A stretch of DNA of 55,574 nt from Patescibacteria group bacterium (GCA_004321885.1 SCQK01000001.1:1-55574), one strand, 5' to 3'; positions 45,655-54,753 are shown, counted from the first letter of the stretch. Numbers and translations: made by a program. The notes: generated from the sequence alone by a model not told the origin.

Positions 45655-47235
45655 ATGCATACAGAAGTCGTTAGAATAAATCGGGCGCTGATTTCGGTGT
45701 CAAATAAAACCGGCATAGCGGAGTTTGCCCGCGAACTCCAAAAATTGGGCGTGGAAATAATTTCCACCGGCGGCACGCACAAATTGCTTTGCGAAAACAA
45801 AATACCGGCCGTGGAAATTTCCCAGTACACCGGCTTTCCGGAAATGATGGACGGCCGCGTGAAAACCCTGCACCCCTTGGTGCACGGTGGCATCTTGGGT
45901 TTGCGGGATAAACACGCCGAAGCCGCAGCCGGCCATAATATTAAATGGATTGATTTGGTGGTTTGCAATTTGTATCCTTTTTTGGAAACAATAAAAAAAC
46001 CCGGCGTAACCGAGGAGGAAGCGATTGAAAACATAGACATCGGCGGGCCCACCATGATTCGCTCGGCCGCCAAAAATATTGGCTGGACGTGCGCGGTGGT
46101 TGACCCCGAGGATTATAGTAAAATTTTGGCTGAAATAAGAGAAAAAAACGGAGTAAGTTTTGACACGCGCAAAGCACTTTCGGCGAAAGCGTACGCGCAC
46201 ACGACGCGCTATGACGCGGTGATTTCCAATTATTTCAAGCCGGAAAAATTTCCCAAAGAACTCTCGCTCGGTTTTGCTAAATATTATGATTTGCGCTACG
46301 GCGAAAATCCGCATCAGCAAGCCGCGGCCTACAAAGACGAGCTCTGCGCCACAGCGAATATTTTTTTAGCGAAAATCTTGCAGGGCAAGCAGTTATCGTA
46401 CAACAATTTCATTGACGCGGACGCGGCCCTGCAGATGGTAAAGGAATTTGAGCCGCCGGCTTGCGTGATTGTGAAGCATAACAATCCCTGCGGAGCGGCC
46501 ATTGCCGAAAACGCGGAAGCGGCTTTCGCCAAAGCGTTTGCCTGCGATTCGTTGTCGGCTTTCGGCGGGGTGGTGGCGCTTAATCGCGAGTGCGACGCGG
46601 CTCTGGCCGAGAAACTCTCCAAAATATTTTTGGAAATCGTGCTCGCGCCCAAGTTCGCGCCTGCGGCCGTGGAAATTTTATCTAAAAAACAAAATCTGCG
46701 CTTGCTGGAATTGGAAAAAATATCAGTGCCGGCCAGCCGGCTGACTTACAAGCTGATTGAGGGTGGGCTCTTGGCGCAAGACAGCAATACAAAAGAAATT
46801 ACCGAAGCGGATTTGAAAGTCGTGACCAAGCGCCGGCCCGAAACAGGCGAAATTCAAGCCATGCTCTTCGCCTGGAAAATATTGAAGCACATGAAATCAA
46901 ACGCCATTTTGATAGCCAAGGCCGACGCCACGGTGGGAATCGGCGTGGGCCAAGTGTCACGCGTGGATTCGGTGGATATTGCCATAAAAAAATCCGGTAT
47001 GGCTGGCTCCATAGTCCCCGACTTAGTCGGGGCCGTGGAGCCGTTCGCCGGCTGCGTGCTGGCCTCGGACGCCTTTTTCCCCTTCCGCGACAGCATAGAC
47101 AAAATCGCGGCCGCCGCCGGCGTCAAAGCCATTGTCCAGCCCGGGGGTTCCATCAAAGACCAGGAAGTCATCGCGGCCTGCGACGAACACGGCATCGCCA
47201 TGGTCTTTACCGGCCATCGCTGTTTCGCGCATTGA
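45655..47235 (+). CDS. purH: bifunctional AICAR transformylase / IMP cyclohydrolase
   Basis: MGS-like N-terminal region (ALISVSNKTG) and the AICARFT domain. Contains an in-frame family B repeat. Confidence 0.95.
   Translation: MHTEVVRINRALISVSNKTGIAEFARELQKLGVEIISTGGTHKLLCENKIPAVEISQYTGFPEMMDGRVKTLHPLVHGGILGLRDKHAEAAAGHNIKWIDLVVCNLYPFLETIKKPGVTEEEAIENIDIGGPTMIRSAAKNIGWTCAVVDPEDYSKILAEIREKNGVSFDTRKALSAKAYAHTTRYDAVISNYFKPEKFPKELSLGFAKYYDLRYGENPHQQAAAYKDELCATANIFLAKILQGKQLSYNNFIDADAALQMVKEFEPPACVIVKHNNPCGAAIAENAEAAFAKAFACDSLSAFGGVVALNRECDAALAEKLSKIFLEIVLAPKFAPAAVEILSKKQNLRLLELEKISVPASRLTYKLIEGGLLAQDSNTKEITEADLKVVTKRRPETGEIQAMLFAWKILKHMKSNAILIAKADATVGIGVGQVSRVDSVDIAIKKSGMAGSIVPDLVGAVEPFAGCVLASDAFFPFRDSIDKIAAAAGVKAIVQPGGSIKDQEVIAACDEHGIAMVFTGHRCFAH
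47007..47044. repeat. family B 38-bp palindrome, in-frame in purH
   Basis: ggctccatagtccccgacttagtcggggccgtggagcc, translating to GSIVPDLVGAVEP. Confidence 0.8.
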
Positions 47236-47246
47236 AGTGATTTGAG

Positions 47247-48260
47247 TTGAAGATTATGCTTATCTACATCTACGGCGAGGATACGTTTCGCAGCCGGCAG
47301 TATTTGCGCCAAATGGTGGAACAATTCAAAAAACAGCGCGACCCCCAGGGCTATAACGTGCTTTTTTTGGACGGGAAAAAAGAAGAAAGCGGTAAATTGC
47401 TGGGCGAAATGCGCGCCGCGCCTTTTTTGGCCGAAAAGCGCCTGGTGGCCATAGAAAATTTGCTGGCCAGTTCGGACAAGGAAACGTTGGCGCGGATTTT
47501 GGAAGCGATAAAAGAGCCTGCCAAAGGCGGGTCGGTCAATAATATCATTATTTTTTGGCAGGGCGAGCCGCTCTCAAAAATAAAAGAAGTGAAAGAATTG
47601 CACGCGCTTTTAGCCAAAGAAAAATACGCCCAGGAGTTCGCCCCGCTCACCGGCGCGAAATTGGAGCAGTGGGCCGGCAAGGAAATTGAAAAACGAGGCG
47701 CTAAAATAGACAGGCGCGCCCTGTTTTTTTTGTGCGACAACGCGGGCAAGGACATGTGGTATCTGAATTCATTGATGGACCAGTTGGCGGCGTATGTTAC
47801 CCCTCCCCGACCCCCCCCTTATCAAGGGGAGGGGGTGCGCGAGATCGCGCTGGCCGACGTGCAGTTGTTTTTGGAGGAAAAAATTGATGACAATGTTTTT
47901 GCCATGACCGACGCCATTGTTTCGGGCAACCGCAAGCAAGCGTTTAGACTGTTAAATGAACAGCGCCGGTTGGGCGAAGAAGAATTGCGCCTGTTTGGCC
48001 TCATTTGCTGGCAATTTCGCCTTTTGTTGCAAATGCGCGACCTCTACGAGCGTGAAGACAACCTGCCAAGCGACGTTATCGCCAAAAAATTGGGCATTCA
48101 CCCTTATGTGGCCAAAAAAAGCATGGCCATTGTGCGCCGCTATCCCCTGGTCCAGCTTAAAGCGCTTCACGCCAGGCTTTTGGACATTGACCGTAAAACA
48201 AAAACCGGATTTGGCGATACGGCCTTGCTTGTTGATTTGTTTGTGGGGCGGGGGGCTTAG
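47247..48260 (+). CDS. holA: DNA polymerase III delta subunit
   Basis: Delta-subunit pattern YGEDTF...FLAEKRLVAIENL and a C-terminal helical domain. Contains an in-frame family D repeat. Confidence 0.75.
   Translation: MKIMLIYIYGEDTFRSRQYLRQMVEQFKKQRDPQGYNVLFLDGKKEESGKLLGEMRAAPFLAEKRLVAIENLLASSDKETLARILEAIKEPAKGGSVNNIIIFWQGEPLSKIKEVKELHALLAKEKYAQEFAPLTGAKLEQWAGKEIEKRGAKIDRRALFFLCDNAGKDMWYLNSLMDQLAAYVTPPRPPPYQGEGVREIALADVQLFLEEKIDDNVFAMTDAIVSGNRKQAFRLLNEQRRLGEEELRLFGLICWQFRLLLQMRDLYEREDNLPSDVIAKKLGIHPYVAKKSMAIVRRYPLVQLKALHARLLDIDRKTKTGFGDTALLVDLFVGRGA
47800..47837. repeat. family D repeat, in-frame in holA
   Basis: cccctccccgacccccccttatcaaggggagggggtg, translating to PPRPPPYQGEGV. Confidence 0.8.
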
Positions 48261-48514
48261 GTCTTCATGGCGTGGACCTTGGCCATTAGCCGCGACAGCT
48301 TGCGGGCCGCGGTGTTTTTCTTGATGACGCCGGTTTTGGCGGCTTTGTCCAGGGCCTGTTGCGCCAGCACTGCCAATTTTTTGGCTTCATCCGCGCTTTT
48401 GGCTTTGGTGGCCTTCTTTAGGGCCTCTCTAAAGGCCTCGCGCCGGACTTTGTTTCCGGCCGCCCGCTTAATGTTTTTTCTTAAATCCTTTTTCGCGCTT
48501 TTTATATTTGGCAT
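48257..48514 (-). CDS. rpsT: 30S ribosomal protein S20
   Basis: MPNIKSAKKDLRKNIKRAAGNKVRR... basic helical protein. Confidence 0.9.
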   Translation of the reverse strand: MPNIKSAKKDLRKNIKRAAGNKVRREAFREALKKATKAKSADEAKKLAVLAQQALDKAAKTGVIKKNTAARKLSRLMAKVHAMKT

Positions 48515-48586
48515 ACGTGAGAATAACGAATTAAGAATTACGAATAACGGGTTCTATTTTACTTAATTTATCAAAAAAGTCAAGGA

Positions 48587-49693
48587 CTAGTCTTCCATCG
48601 TCGGTTTTTCTATCCGCAGGGTTTCCACTTGCCGCTCCCCATCGGTAATACGTACGATGTCCTTGTCAATTTTGCCGAATTCCTTGTACGCGCTGTTGTA
48701 GGTGTTCACGGTTGTGGCCAGATGCCCGCCCAGTTTTTTTAAATATTCATCATAAGCCAGCAGGTGTTTGCCCAAATCTTCCACCCGTTTGCGGATTTCC
48801 TTGGATGACTCTTCTATTTGCAAAGCGCGCAGGCCCTGCAAAACCGTTTGTAAATAGGCCAAAAACGAGGTGGGAGAGACAATGATGACATGCTTTTGGC
48901 GAAAAGCGTATTCTATTAAATCATGCGTGTTTGATTGAAGCGTCCCGACTTTGTTTATGAGCAGGTCGTAATAAATGCCTTCGGACGGAATAAACATAAA
49001 CGCGAAATCCATGGTTCCTTCTTTGGGCTTGATGTATTTGCTTGTTTCATCTATGCGCGTTTTCAGGTCCCGCTTGAACAGATTTTCCAGCTCTTCCCGC
49101 CGGGCCGGGTCTTTTTCCTGCACCGCGCGGTTGTAATTTTCCAAACTAAATTTGGAGTCAATCGGTATGAGCTTGTCTTTGAGTATCACGACCGCGTCCA
49201 CGATGTCTCCGTCCGCGAATTTGTGTTGCATTTCATAGGCGCCCGGGGGCAAAACATTTTTCAAAACATTTTCCAGATAGTATTCTCCCAAAATGCCGCG
49301 GTGCTTTGGGTTTTGCAAAACATCCTCCAGGTCTTGCAGTTGAACGGCAAAATTCATGATTTGCTTGTTGGTTTCGTCCAGCTTGGTCAATTTTTCCGTA
49401 ACGTCGGTGATGATTTTGACGCTCTGGCCGAATTGGGTTTGGATGGTTTTATTCAAATTGGCCTGGGTGTCGGCCATTACTTTGTGCGTGTCGGAAATTT
49501 TCTGTTCAAACAATCTGTTCAGCTCCTGTATCTGGTTTTGCAGCATTAAAAAAAGATTTTGGCTTTCACGCGCTGGTTTGCGGGTTTTTACGGCCAAAAT
49601 AATGGCCGCGGCCAAAAGCAAAGACAATAGGATAATAATGGGAATAAGCAGGGTTTGCATATTGAAACAGTGATAGCTTGTGCATTGTAGCAT
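48587..49693 (-). CDS. rmuC: RmuC-family DNA recombination protein
   Basis: N-terminal TM segment, long coiled coil, and a C-terminal RmuC-like nuclease-fold region. Confidence 0.65.
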   Translation of the reverse strand: MLQCTSYHCFNMQTLLIPIIILLSLLLAAAIILAVKTRKPARESQNLFLMLQNQIQELNRLFEQKISDTHKVMADTQANLNKTIQTQFGQSVKIITDVTEKLTKLDETNKQIMNFAVQLQDLEDVLQNPKHRGILGEYYLENVLKNVLPPGAYEMQHKFADGDIVDAVVILKDKLIPIDSKFSLENYNRAVQEKDPARREELENLFKRDLKTRIDETSKYIKPKEGTMDFAFMFIPSEGIYYDLLINKVGTLQSNTHDLIEYAFRQKHVIIVSPTSFLAYLQTVLQGLRALQIEESSKEIRKRVEDLGKHLLAYDEYLKKLGGHLATTVNTYNSAYKEFGKIDKDIVRITDGERQVETLRIEKPTMED

Positions 49694-49734
49694 GCCGCGG
49701 CTTGATTTTCAAGGAAAAAAGTGATATATTCCCT

Positions 49735-49806
49735 CCGCTTCCTCTCCCCATAGTTCAACGGATAGAATAAGACACTCCTAATGTCTAGATCCAGGTTCAA
49801 TTCCTG
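49735..49806 (+). tRNA. tRNA-Arg (CCT)
   Basis: Acceptor ctcccca/tggggag, D-arm with GG, anticodon stem agaca/tgtct with loop cTCCTaa, and T-arm ccagg-ttcaatt-cctgg. Confidence 0.75.
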
Positions 49807-49838
49807 GTGGGGAGACATGGCGGGGAAAAAGTCAACGA

Positions 49839-49911
49839 GGGCCTGTAGCTCATCTGGTAGAGCGCCGCATTCGCATTGCGGAGGTAAGGGGTTCGATTCC
49901 CCTCAGGTCCA
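49839..49911 (+). tRNA. tRNA-Ala (CGC)
   Basis: Acceptor gggcctg/caggtcc with G3:U70, D-arm gctc/gagc, anticodon stem ccgca/tgcgg with loop tTCGCat, T-arm agggg-ttcgatt-cccct, and A73. Confidence 0.85.
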
Positions 49912-49918
49912 CAAATTT

Positions 49919-49946
49919 CTGTTTGTATAGAGTTGTATATACAAAT
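49919..49946. repeat. 28-bp hairpin-forming direct repeat, copy 1
   Basis: ctgtttgtatagagttgtatatacaaat (stem tttgtata/tatacaaa). Confidence 0.7.
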
Positions 49947-50010
49947 AGAAATCGTAGAATGCCATTTTATAACTAATATTAGCATAGAAACGCCATTTTT
50001 GCATTTCTTG

Positions 50011-50038
50011 CTGTTTGTATAGAGTTGTATATACAAAT
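50011..50038. repeat. 28-bp hairpin-forming direct repeat, copy 2 (64-bp spacer)
   Basis: Identical 28-mer. Confidence 0.7.
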
Positions 50039-50096
50039 TTTTCCATTTTTTAGCTGGTTTTGGGGTATGTGGCGACACAATGGTATCTGACATTCA

Positions 50097-50134
50097 GGCT
50101 CTACAGCCCCGACTAAGTCGGGGACTATGGAGCC
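50097..50134. repeat. family B 38-bp palindrome
   Basis: ggctctacagccccgactaagtcggggactatggagcc. Confidence 0.8.
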
Positions 50135-50168
50135 GGCGATGACAGCGATGGTCAGAAAGATAGTAGCC

Positions 50169-50230
50169 TGTGGATAATTGTGGATAAGTCTGTGCATAAG
50201 TGGTGAATTTGTGGGGATATGTGGTTAACG
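50169..50230. promoter_or_regulatory. DnaA-box cluster distant from dnaA
   Basis: Two perfect TGTGGATAA boxes (50169-77 and 50179-87) plus tgtgcataa and tgtggggat, bracketed by two family B copies. An AT-rich stretch follows at ~50440-50590. Confidence 0.5.
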
Positions 50231-50250
50231 GGTTACATTATAGGCATTTA

Positions 50251-50288
50251 GGCTCTACAGCCCCGACTAAGTCGGGGACTATGGAGCC
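50251..50288. repeat. family B 38-bp palindrome
   Basis: ggctctacagccccgactaagtcggggactatggagcc. Confidence 0.8.
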
Positions 50289-50593
50289 AGCCGAGAAGTG
50301 AGCGGGAGAGCGGGAGCGAGGCTTCATGCCCGAGAGCCGGCACGTTGGGCTGGTCGAGGAAAGCGAGAACACATTCAAACCGCTTGGATCGCGCGAGCTT
50401 CAAAGTTTTTTGCGGGAGACTGCTATTCAAATTTTTTTCATTATTTTTTTTCAATTATTTATTGTCGTTTCTTTCGGAACTCCAGAAAATATTTTTATCC
50501 GCTACATCATGTAGTAAAAAAATAAAAATAAAAAATTATTGTCTTTGCTTGTAAAATATGTTATACTGATTTTAGAAAATTTATTTTTTAATT

Positions 50594-50631
50594 CTGGATT
50601 CCCGGTCGCCTGTGGCGACAGGGAATGACAG
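50594..50631. repeat. family A-related palindrome variant
   Basis: ctggattcccggtcgcctgtggcgacagggaatgacag. A TGtTATACT extended -10 lies just upstream at ~50557. Confidence 0.6.
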
Positions 50632-50649
50632 ATTAGATAAAAATATTAT

Positions 50650-52920
50650 ATGACTAACGCTCGCGTCATAAAGTTTTTAGACATTTTTTCTTACGTTTTG
50701 ATTTTGCTTTCGGTATTCATCGTACCGCTCTTCATAGACAAAAGCCTGCTTAATTTTTATATCATACCAAAACAGTATGTGTTTGCCGGCTTTATCCTGT
50801 TGAATATTCTCGTCTTCGCCATCAAGATGGTTTTATCCAAAAAAATAAAATTTCAGCAATCCGTATTTGACGCGCCGCTTTTAGTTTTTTTGCTCTTGGT
50901 TTTGGCTTCGTCTCTTTTTTCCGTGAATAGCTATGTCAGTTTTTTGGGGCGCGGCGAATTCTTTCTGCTCAATTTTGTCTTTCTTTTATTTTCGGTTTTC
51001 TTCTATTTTATTTTCGTCAATCATGTCAATTCGGCCAGGCGCTGGAGCGCTGTCCTGGAACTTTTTTTGCTGGTTTCCGGCCTGGTGTCGCTCTTTTTTA
51101 TCGTTAAGACGGTGTTTAAATTTTCTCTGCCATACATCGGCGCGATGACTAATCTGCTGGACCCGACCAGCAGCCAGTTCGGCGTACTCATGATTGCCGC
51201 GGCCGTGCTCTCGGCCGGCCTCTTGATGAAAAAAAATATCGGCGTGGGGCGCGCCATTGCCTATTTTTTTACGCTAATATTAGCCATAATTCCATTGCTG
51301 ATAATGGGCTTTTCATTCCTATGGTGGCTCTTGCTGATTGGCTTGGTATTGCTTCTCCTCCTGGGGGTGAGCTTTATGCATAACACACGTATCGGATGGT
51401 TGTCAGTGATTTTTGCCCTACTGGTGGTATCCTGCGTGTTCGTGATTTTTGGCAGTCCCAAATCATTGCAGACCGCTTTGCCGGCCGAGGTGTCGCTGGG
51501 GCTGTCGCCTTCATGGCGCGTCGCGCGCGGCGCGGTCTTGTCCGGCGCCAAAACCTTTTTGCTCGGCAGCGGGCCCGGCACTTTCGCGGCTGATTTTTCC
51601 AGATTTCGCGACCAGTCTTTCAATTACGACCAGTTGGCCTGGTCTTTGCGCTTCAATCAGCCGTTTGACACCCTGCTTGCATTTTTGGCCGAGGGCGGCG
51701 TGTTGGTGTCGCTGACGTTTCTGCTGATTTCCCTGCTGGTGCTGGGGCATATTTTTTCCACCTGGCACAAATCGCGCGGGCCAACGCCGCAAAGTTTTCA
51801 CGCCAGCCTTTCCATCAGCCGCGCTGATTTGCGCCTGGATGTTTTTTTGGCGGCCGTGGTTTGGCTCATCTTGTGGTCGGGCATGACTGTTGCTTTTTAC
51901 AACCCGGCGCTTTGGTTTTTTTGGTGGCTCTTTTTGGCTCTTATCGTGAGCGGCATGTCTTTGCTCGGCCATGAAGTGCTTAAAGAAAAAGTTTGGACAT
52001 TGGAAGATACGCCCCAATATCATTTGGCGATTTCGTTCAGCCTCATCGCCGTGATGGCCGCGGTTATCCTGGTGGGCGTTTTGGGTAGTAGATTTTATCT
52101 GGCCGAAAAAGCCTATACCCAGTCTTTGCGCGCCAGCGATGTGCGTCAGGCCCAGGAAAAAATTGCTGCAGCCATTGCTTTGCGCGATGGCAATGACCAG
52201 TATCACGCCACGCTCGCCAATGCCTACCTCACCGAGGCCGCTACCCTAAGTAAAAAGCCGAATCCGGATTTGCGCCAGATTGCCGACCTCATGGCAAAAG
52301 CCGTCAATGCGGCCAAAAAAGCCACCGAATTGTCACCCAACGACGTAGTCTTGCAGGAGACCCTGGCCACCATGTATGAAAACGCGGCCATGCTTGTGCC
52401 CGAAGCCAGCCAGTGGGCCGTGAAATCTTGGGGCGCGGCCATTGAGCTGGAGCCGACCAACGCCTTTTTGCGCTACCGGCTGGCCAACAATTATTTTCTG
52501 TCTAAAAATATCAGCAAGGCCATTGAAGCCTATAAGCAAGCCGTTGACCTGAAAAGGGATTTCGCCGTTGCTCACGGCGGACTGGCGCTGGCGTACGAAG
52601 CCGACAAGCAATATGACAGCGCCATTGAATCATACCGAAACGCTCTTAGTTTGAATCCGGCGAACAGCGAGTTGATATTTAATTTGGGCCGACTGCTTTA
52701 CAATCGCAACAAGGGAGCGGACCGGGCGGCTGCCGAAAAATTGTGGCTGGAAGCGGTGCGCTTGCAGCCGAATTATTCCAACGCCCTGTATAGCCTGGGG
52801 CTTTATTATGAAAATCTCGGCAACAAAACCGCGGCCTTGCAATACTATTACAAGGTCAAGGATTTGAATCCGGATAACAAGGATATCACGGCTAAAATTA
52901 AAAGTTTGGTTGGCAGATAA
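50650..52920 (+). CDS. polytopic membrane protein, O-antigen ligase/polymerase-like with C-terminal TPR repeats
   Basis: More than 10 TM helices, the LLGSGPGTF motif after a large loop, and ~6 TPR-like repeats at the C-terminus. Confidence 0.55.
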   Translation: MTNARVIKFLDIFSYVLILLSVFIVPLFIDKSLLNFYIIPKQYVFAGFILLNILVFAIKMVLSKKIKFQQSVFDAPLLVFLLLVLASSLFSVNSYVSFLGRGEFFLLNFVFLLFSVFFYFIFVNHVNSARRWSAVLELFLLVSGLVSLFFIVKTVFKFSLPYIGAMTNLLDPTSSQFGVLMIAAAVLSAGLLMKKNIGVGRAIAYFFTLILAIIPLLIMGFSFLWWLLLIGLVLLLLLGVSFMHNTRIGWLSVIFALLVVSCVFVIFGSPKSLQTALPAEVSLGLSPSWRVARGAVLSGAKTFLLGSGPGTFAADFSRFRDQSFNYDQLAWSLRFNQPFDTLLAFLAEGGVLVSLTFLLISLLVLGHIFSTWHKSRGPTPQSFHASLSISRADLRLDVFLAAVVWLILWSGMTVAFYNPALWFFWWLFLALIVSGMSLLGHEVLKEKVWTLEDTPQYHLAISFSLIAVMAAVILVGVLGSRFYLAEKAYTQSLRASDVRQAQEKIAAAIALRDGNDQYHATLANAYLTEAATLSKKPNPDLRQIADLMAKAVNAAKKATELSPNDVVLQETLATMYENAAMLVPEASQWAVKSWGAAIELEPTNAFLRYRLANNYFLSKNISKAIEAYKQAVDLKRDFAVAHGGLALAYEADKQYDSAIESYRNALSLNPANSELIFNLGRLLYNRNKGADRAAAEKLWLEAVRLQPNYSNALYSLGLYYENLGNKTAALQYYYKVKDLNPDNKDITAKIKSLVGR

Positions 52921-52977
52921 TTGGAAATGCTTTACTTCGTTCAGAAAAAGGGTCATTGGGATTTGGAAATTTAAGGG

Positions 52978-53604
52978 ATGGATATGAAACATTTTTTTGT
53001 TTTGTTGATAATATTGTGTTTAATTTTTCCCTTTCGTGTTTTAGCCCTGATGTCTTCCACCAATTACACTATCTTCGCCGACAGTTTTGATTCCGGGGGC
53101 GGTTACAGCGTCAGCGGCACCTATGCCCTGGAAGATACGTTTGGCGAAATTCCTGGCATCATATCTTCCAGCACCTACACCATCCGCGGCGGGTATCAGG
53201 CCATGGATTGGGATTATATCGGCCTTTCGTTTTCATCCAGCTCGCTCAATTTGGGCGTGGCCAGCACCACGGCCGTAAAATCGGCCTCCACCACGGTCAC
53301 TGTTACCACGGACCATCCGGACGGCTATGACCTCACTGTTTCAGCCGAGTCCGGCACGAGTTTGACCGATGTCAGCGACGGAGCCGTAACCATCGGCGTG
53401 GAAGAATACGGCGTGGCGGTCAGCGGCAGTAACGCTTCTTTTGCCAATGACCGCGGTATCGCGGCCGGTTTGAATCTGGCTTCAACCACTCAATCCGTAA
53501 CCGGAGTAACCACCACTCTTACTTTCAAAGCGGCCATCAGCGGGAGCACTGCTTTTGCCGTCTACACGCACACTATTACCATCATTGCGGCGAATAAATT
53601 GTGA
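52978..53604 (+). CDS. hypothetical secreted protein (208 aa)
   Basis: Signal peptide MKHFFVLLIILCLIFPFRVLA, and a Ser/Thr/Gly-rich beta-type composition. Confidence 0.5.
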   Translation: MDMKHFFVLLIILCLIFPFRVLALMSSTNYTIFADSFDSGGGYSVSGTYALEDTFGEIPGIISSSTYTIRGGYQAMDWDYIGLSFSSSSLNLGVASTTAVKSASTTVTVTTDHPDGYDLTVSAESGTSLTDVSDGAVTIGVEEYGVAVSGSNASFANDRGIAAGLNLASTTQSVTGVTTTLTFKAAISGSTAFAVYTHTITIIAANKL

Positions 53605-54580
53605 TATGTTTTTTTTGTCATTGCGAGTCACGAAGTGGAGAAGCAATCCCTCGCATTGGGCAGGGGATTGCTTCGTCGCTCTGCTCCTCGCAATGACACT
53701 GCTTCCTTCCCCCGTCAGTGCGGTTAGCATCTCTCCATCCAAAGCGTTTGTTACCATAGACCCGGGCGCTAGCCAGACAATGATTTTGAAAATTAAAAAC
53801 GATGGGCCGCGAGACGCGCGCTATAAACTTTTGGTTTTGGGAGCCAAGCAAAATGAAAACGGGGATTTATTTTACGGCGCGAATTTTTGGCCGGCCGAAA
53901 CCTGGGTTCAGCCTGAAAGCAATGTGGTGGAAGTAGGGGCCGGCCAAGAGCGTAAAGTAATTTTTGAAATCAACGCGCCGCGTGATGCCGCGCCCGGTTC
54001 CAATTATCTTTCATTGCAGGTTGAGCCGAGCTCGTCGGCAGGCGCTGGCGGGGTGCAGTTGCAGGCCCGCGTAGCCTCGCTTTTAATTTTGCAGGTGGCG
54101 GGAAGCGTGCGCGAGGAATTGGAAATTTTACAATGGTCTCCGCGAGCCTACTCTTGGCGCAAAGCAGTCTGGCCTTTTGAGCTTATCGCGCAAAACAACG
54201 GCCCTGTTGAGGTGGAAACTGCAGCGCGAGTAGTCGTGAAAAATTGGTTGGGCCGGGAAAAAATTATAAAAGAAATTGAACTGGGAAAAATTTTAGCCGG
54301 CGCCATACGGGTTTCGCATCAGGAAGTTAAACCACACGGGGTCGTTTATTGCAAAGGTCTTTGTCCGACAATATATACGCCCGATTCAAAAATTTGGCTG
54401 CCGGGCAGATACACGGTAAAAACAGAAATCAAATACGGGCTGACCAAGCAAACCGCGCGCGCCGAGGCACAAGTCTGGTTTTGGCCTTTATGGAGCCTTT
54501 TAGCTGGCCTACTACTTATTGTAGTAGGTAGTCTCGCTGGCTCCATAGCGCTTCGTAAAGCTCGCTCGCTGGCTCCATAG
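53555..54580 (+). CDS. hypothetical cell-surface protein with a C-terminal TM anchor (true start probably ~53693, after the repeat)
   Basis: C-terminal anchor FWPLWSLLAGLLLIVVGSLAGSIAL. The stop codon is supplied by a family B repeat. Confidence 0.55.
   Translation: MPSTRTLLPSLRRINCDMFFLSLRVTKWRSNPSHWAGDCFVALLLAMTLLPSPVSAVSISPSKAFVTIDPGASQTMILKIKNDGPRDARYKLLVLGAKQNENGDLFYGANFWPAETWVQPESNVVEVGAGQERKVIFEINAPRDAAPGSNYLSLQVEPSSSAGAGGVQLQARVASLLILQVAGSVREELEILQWSPRAYSWRKAVWPFELIAQNNGPVEVETAARVVVKNWLGREKIIKEIELGKILAGAIRVSHQEVKPHGVVYCKGLCPTIYTPDSKIWLPGRYTVKTEIKYGLTKQTARAEAQVWFWPLWSLLAGLLLIVVGSLAGSIALRKARSLAP
53617..53697. repeat. family C composite palindromic element
   Basis: gtcattgcgag...gaagcaatccc / ggggattgcttcg...ctcgcaatgac. 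Confidence 0.8.
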
Positions 54581-54608
54581 TCCCCGACTAAGTCGGGGCT
54601 GTGGAGCC
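54571..54608. repeat. family B 38-bp palindrome overlapping the stop codon
   Basis: ggctccatagtccccgactaagtcggggctgtggagcc, where the tag within ggctccatag is the stop. A 16-bp direct duplication ctcgctggctccatag lies just upstream. Confidence 0.8.
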
Positions 54609-54753
54609 AACGCGTGACAAGAAGCCGTCCCTAACCGGGCGGTTTTCTTGTGTCCAAAAATATTTTTGACCACAAGCAAAGTTATCCACAGTTTGCGGGG
54701 TAAAGAATCATTCCGTGGAAGCCTATAAAATGCTATAATAGAGTACAAATCTA

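Noticed and set aside
49919-50038. Possible CRISPR array from the 28-bp hairpin repeats
   Set aside because: There are only two repeat copies, the 64-bp spacer is far longer than CRISPR spacers, and no cas genes are in the window.
53555-53692. N-terminal 46 aa of ORF 53555-54580
   Set aside because: This stretch is encoded almost entirely by the family C palindromic element and overlaps the upstream gene by 50 nt. The real start is probably the Met near 53693.
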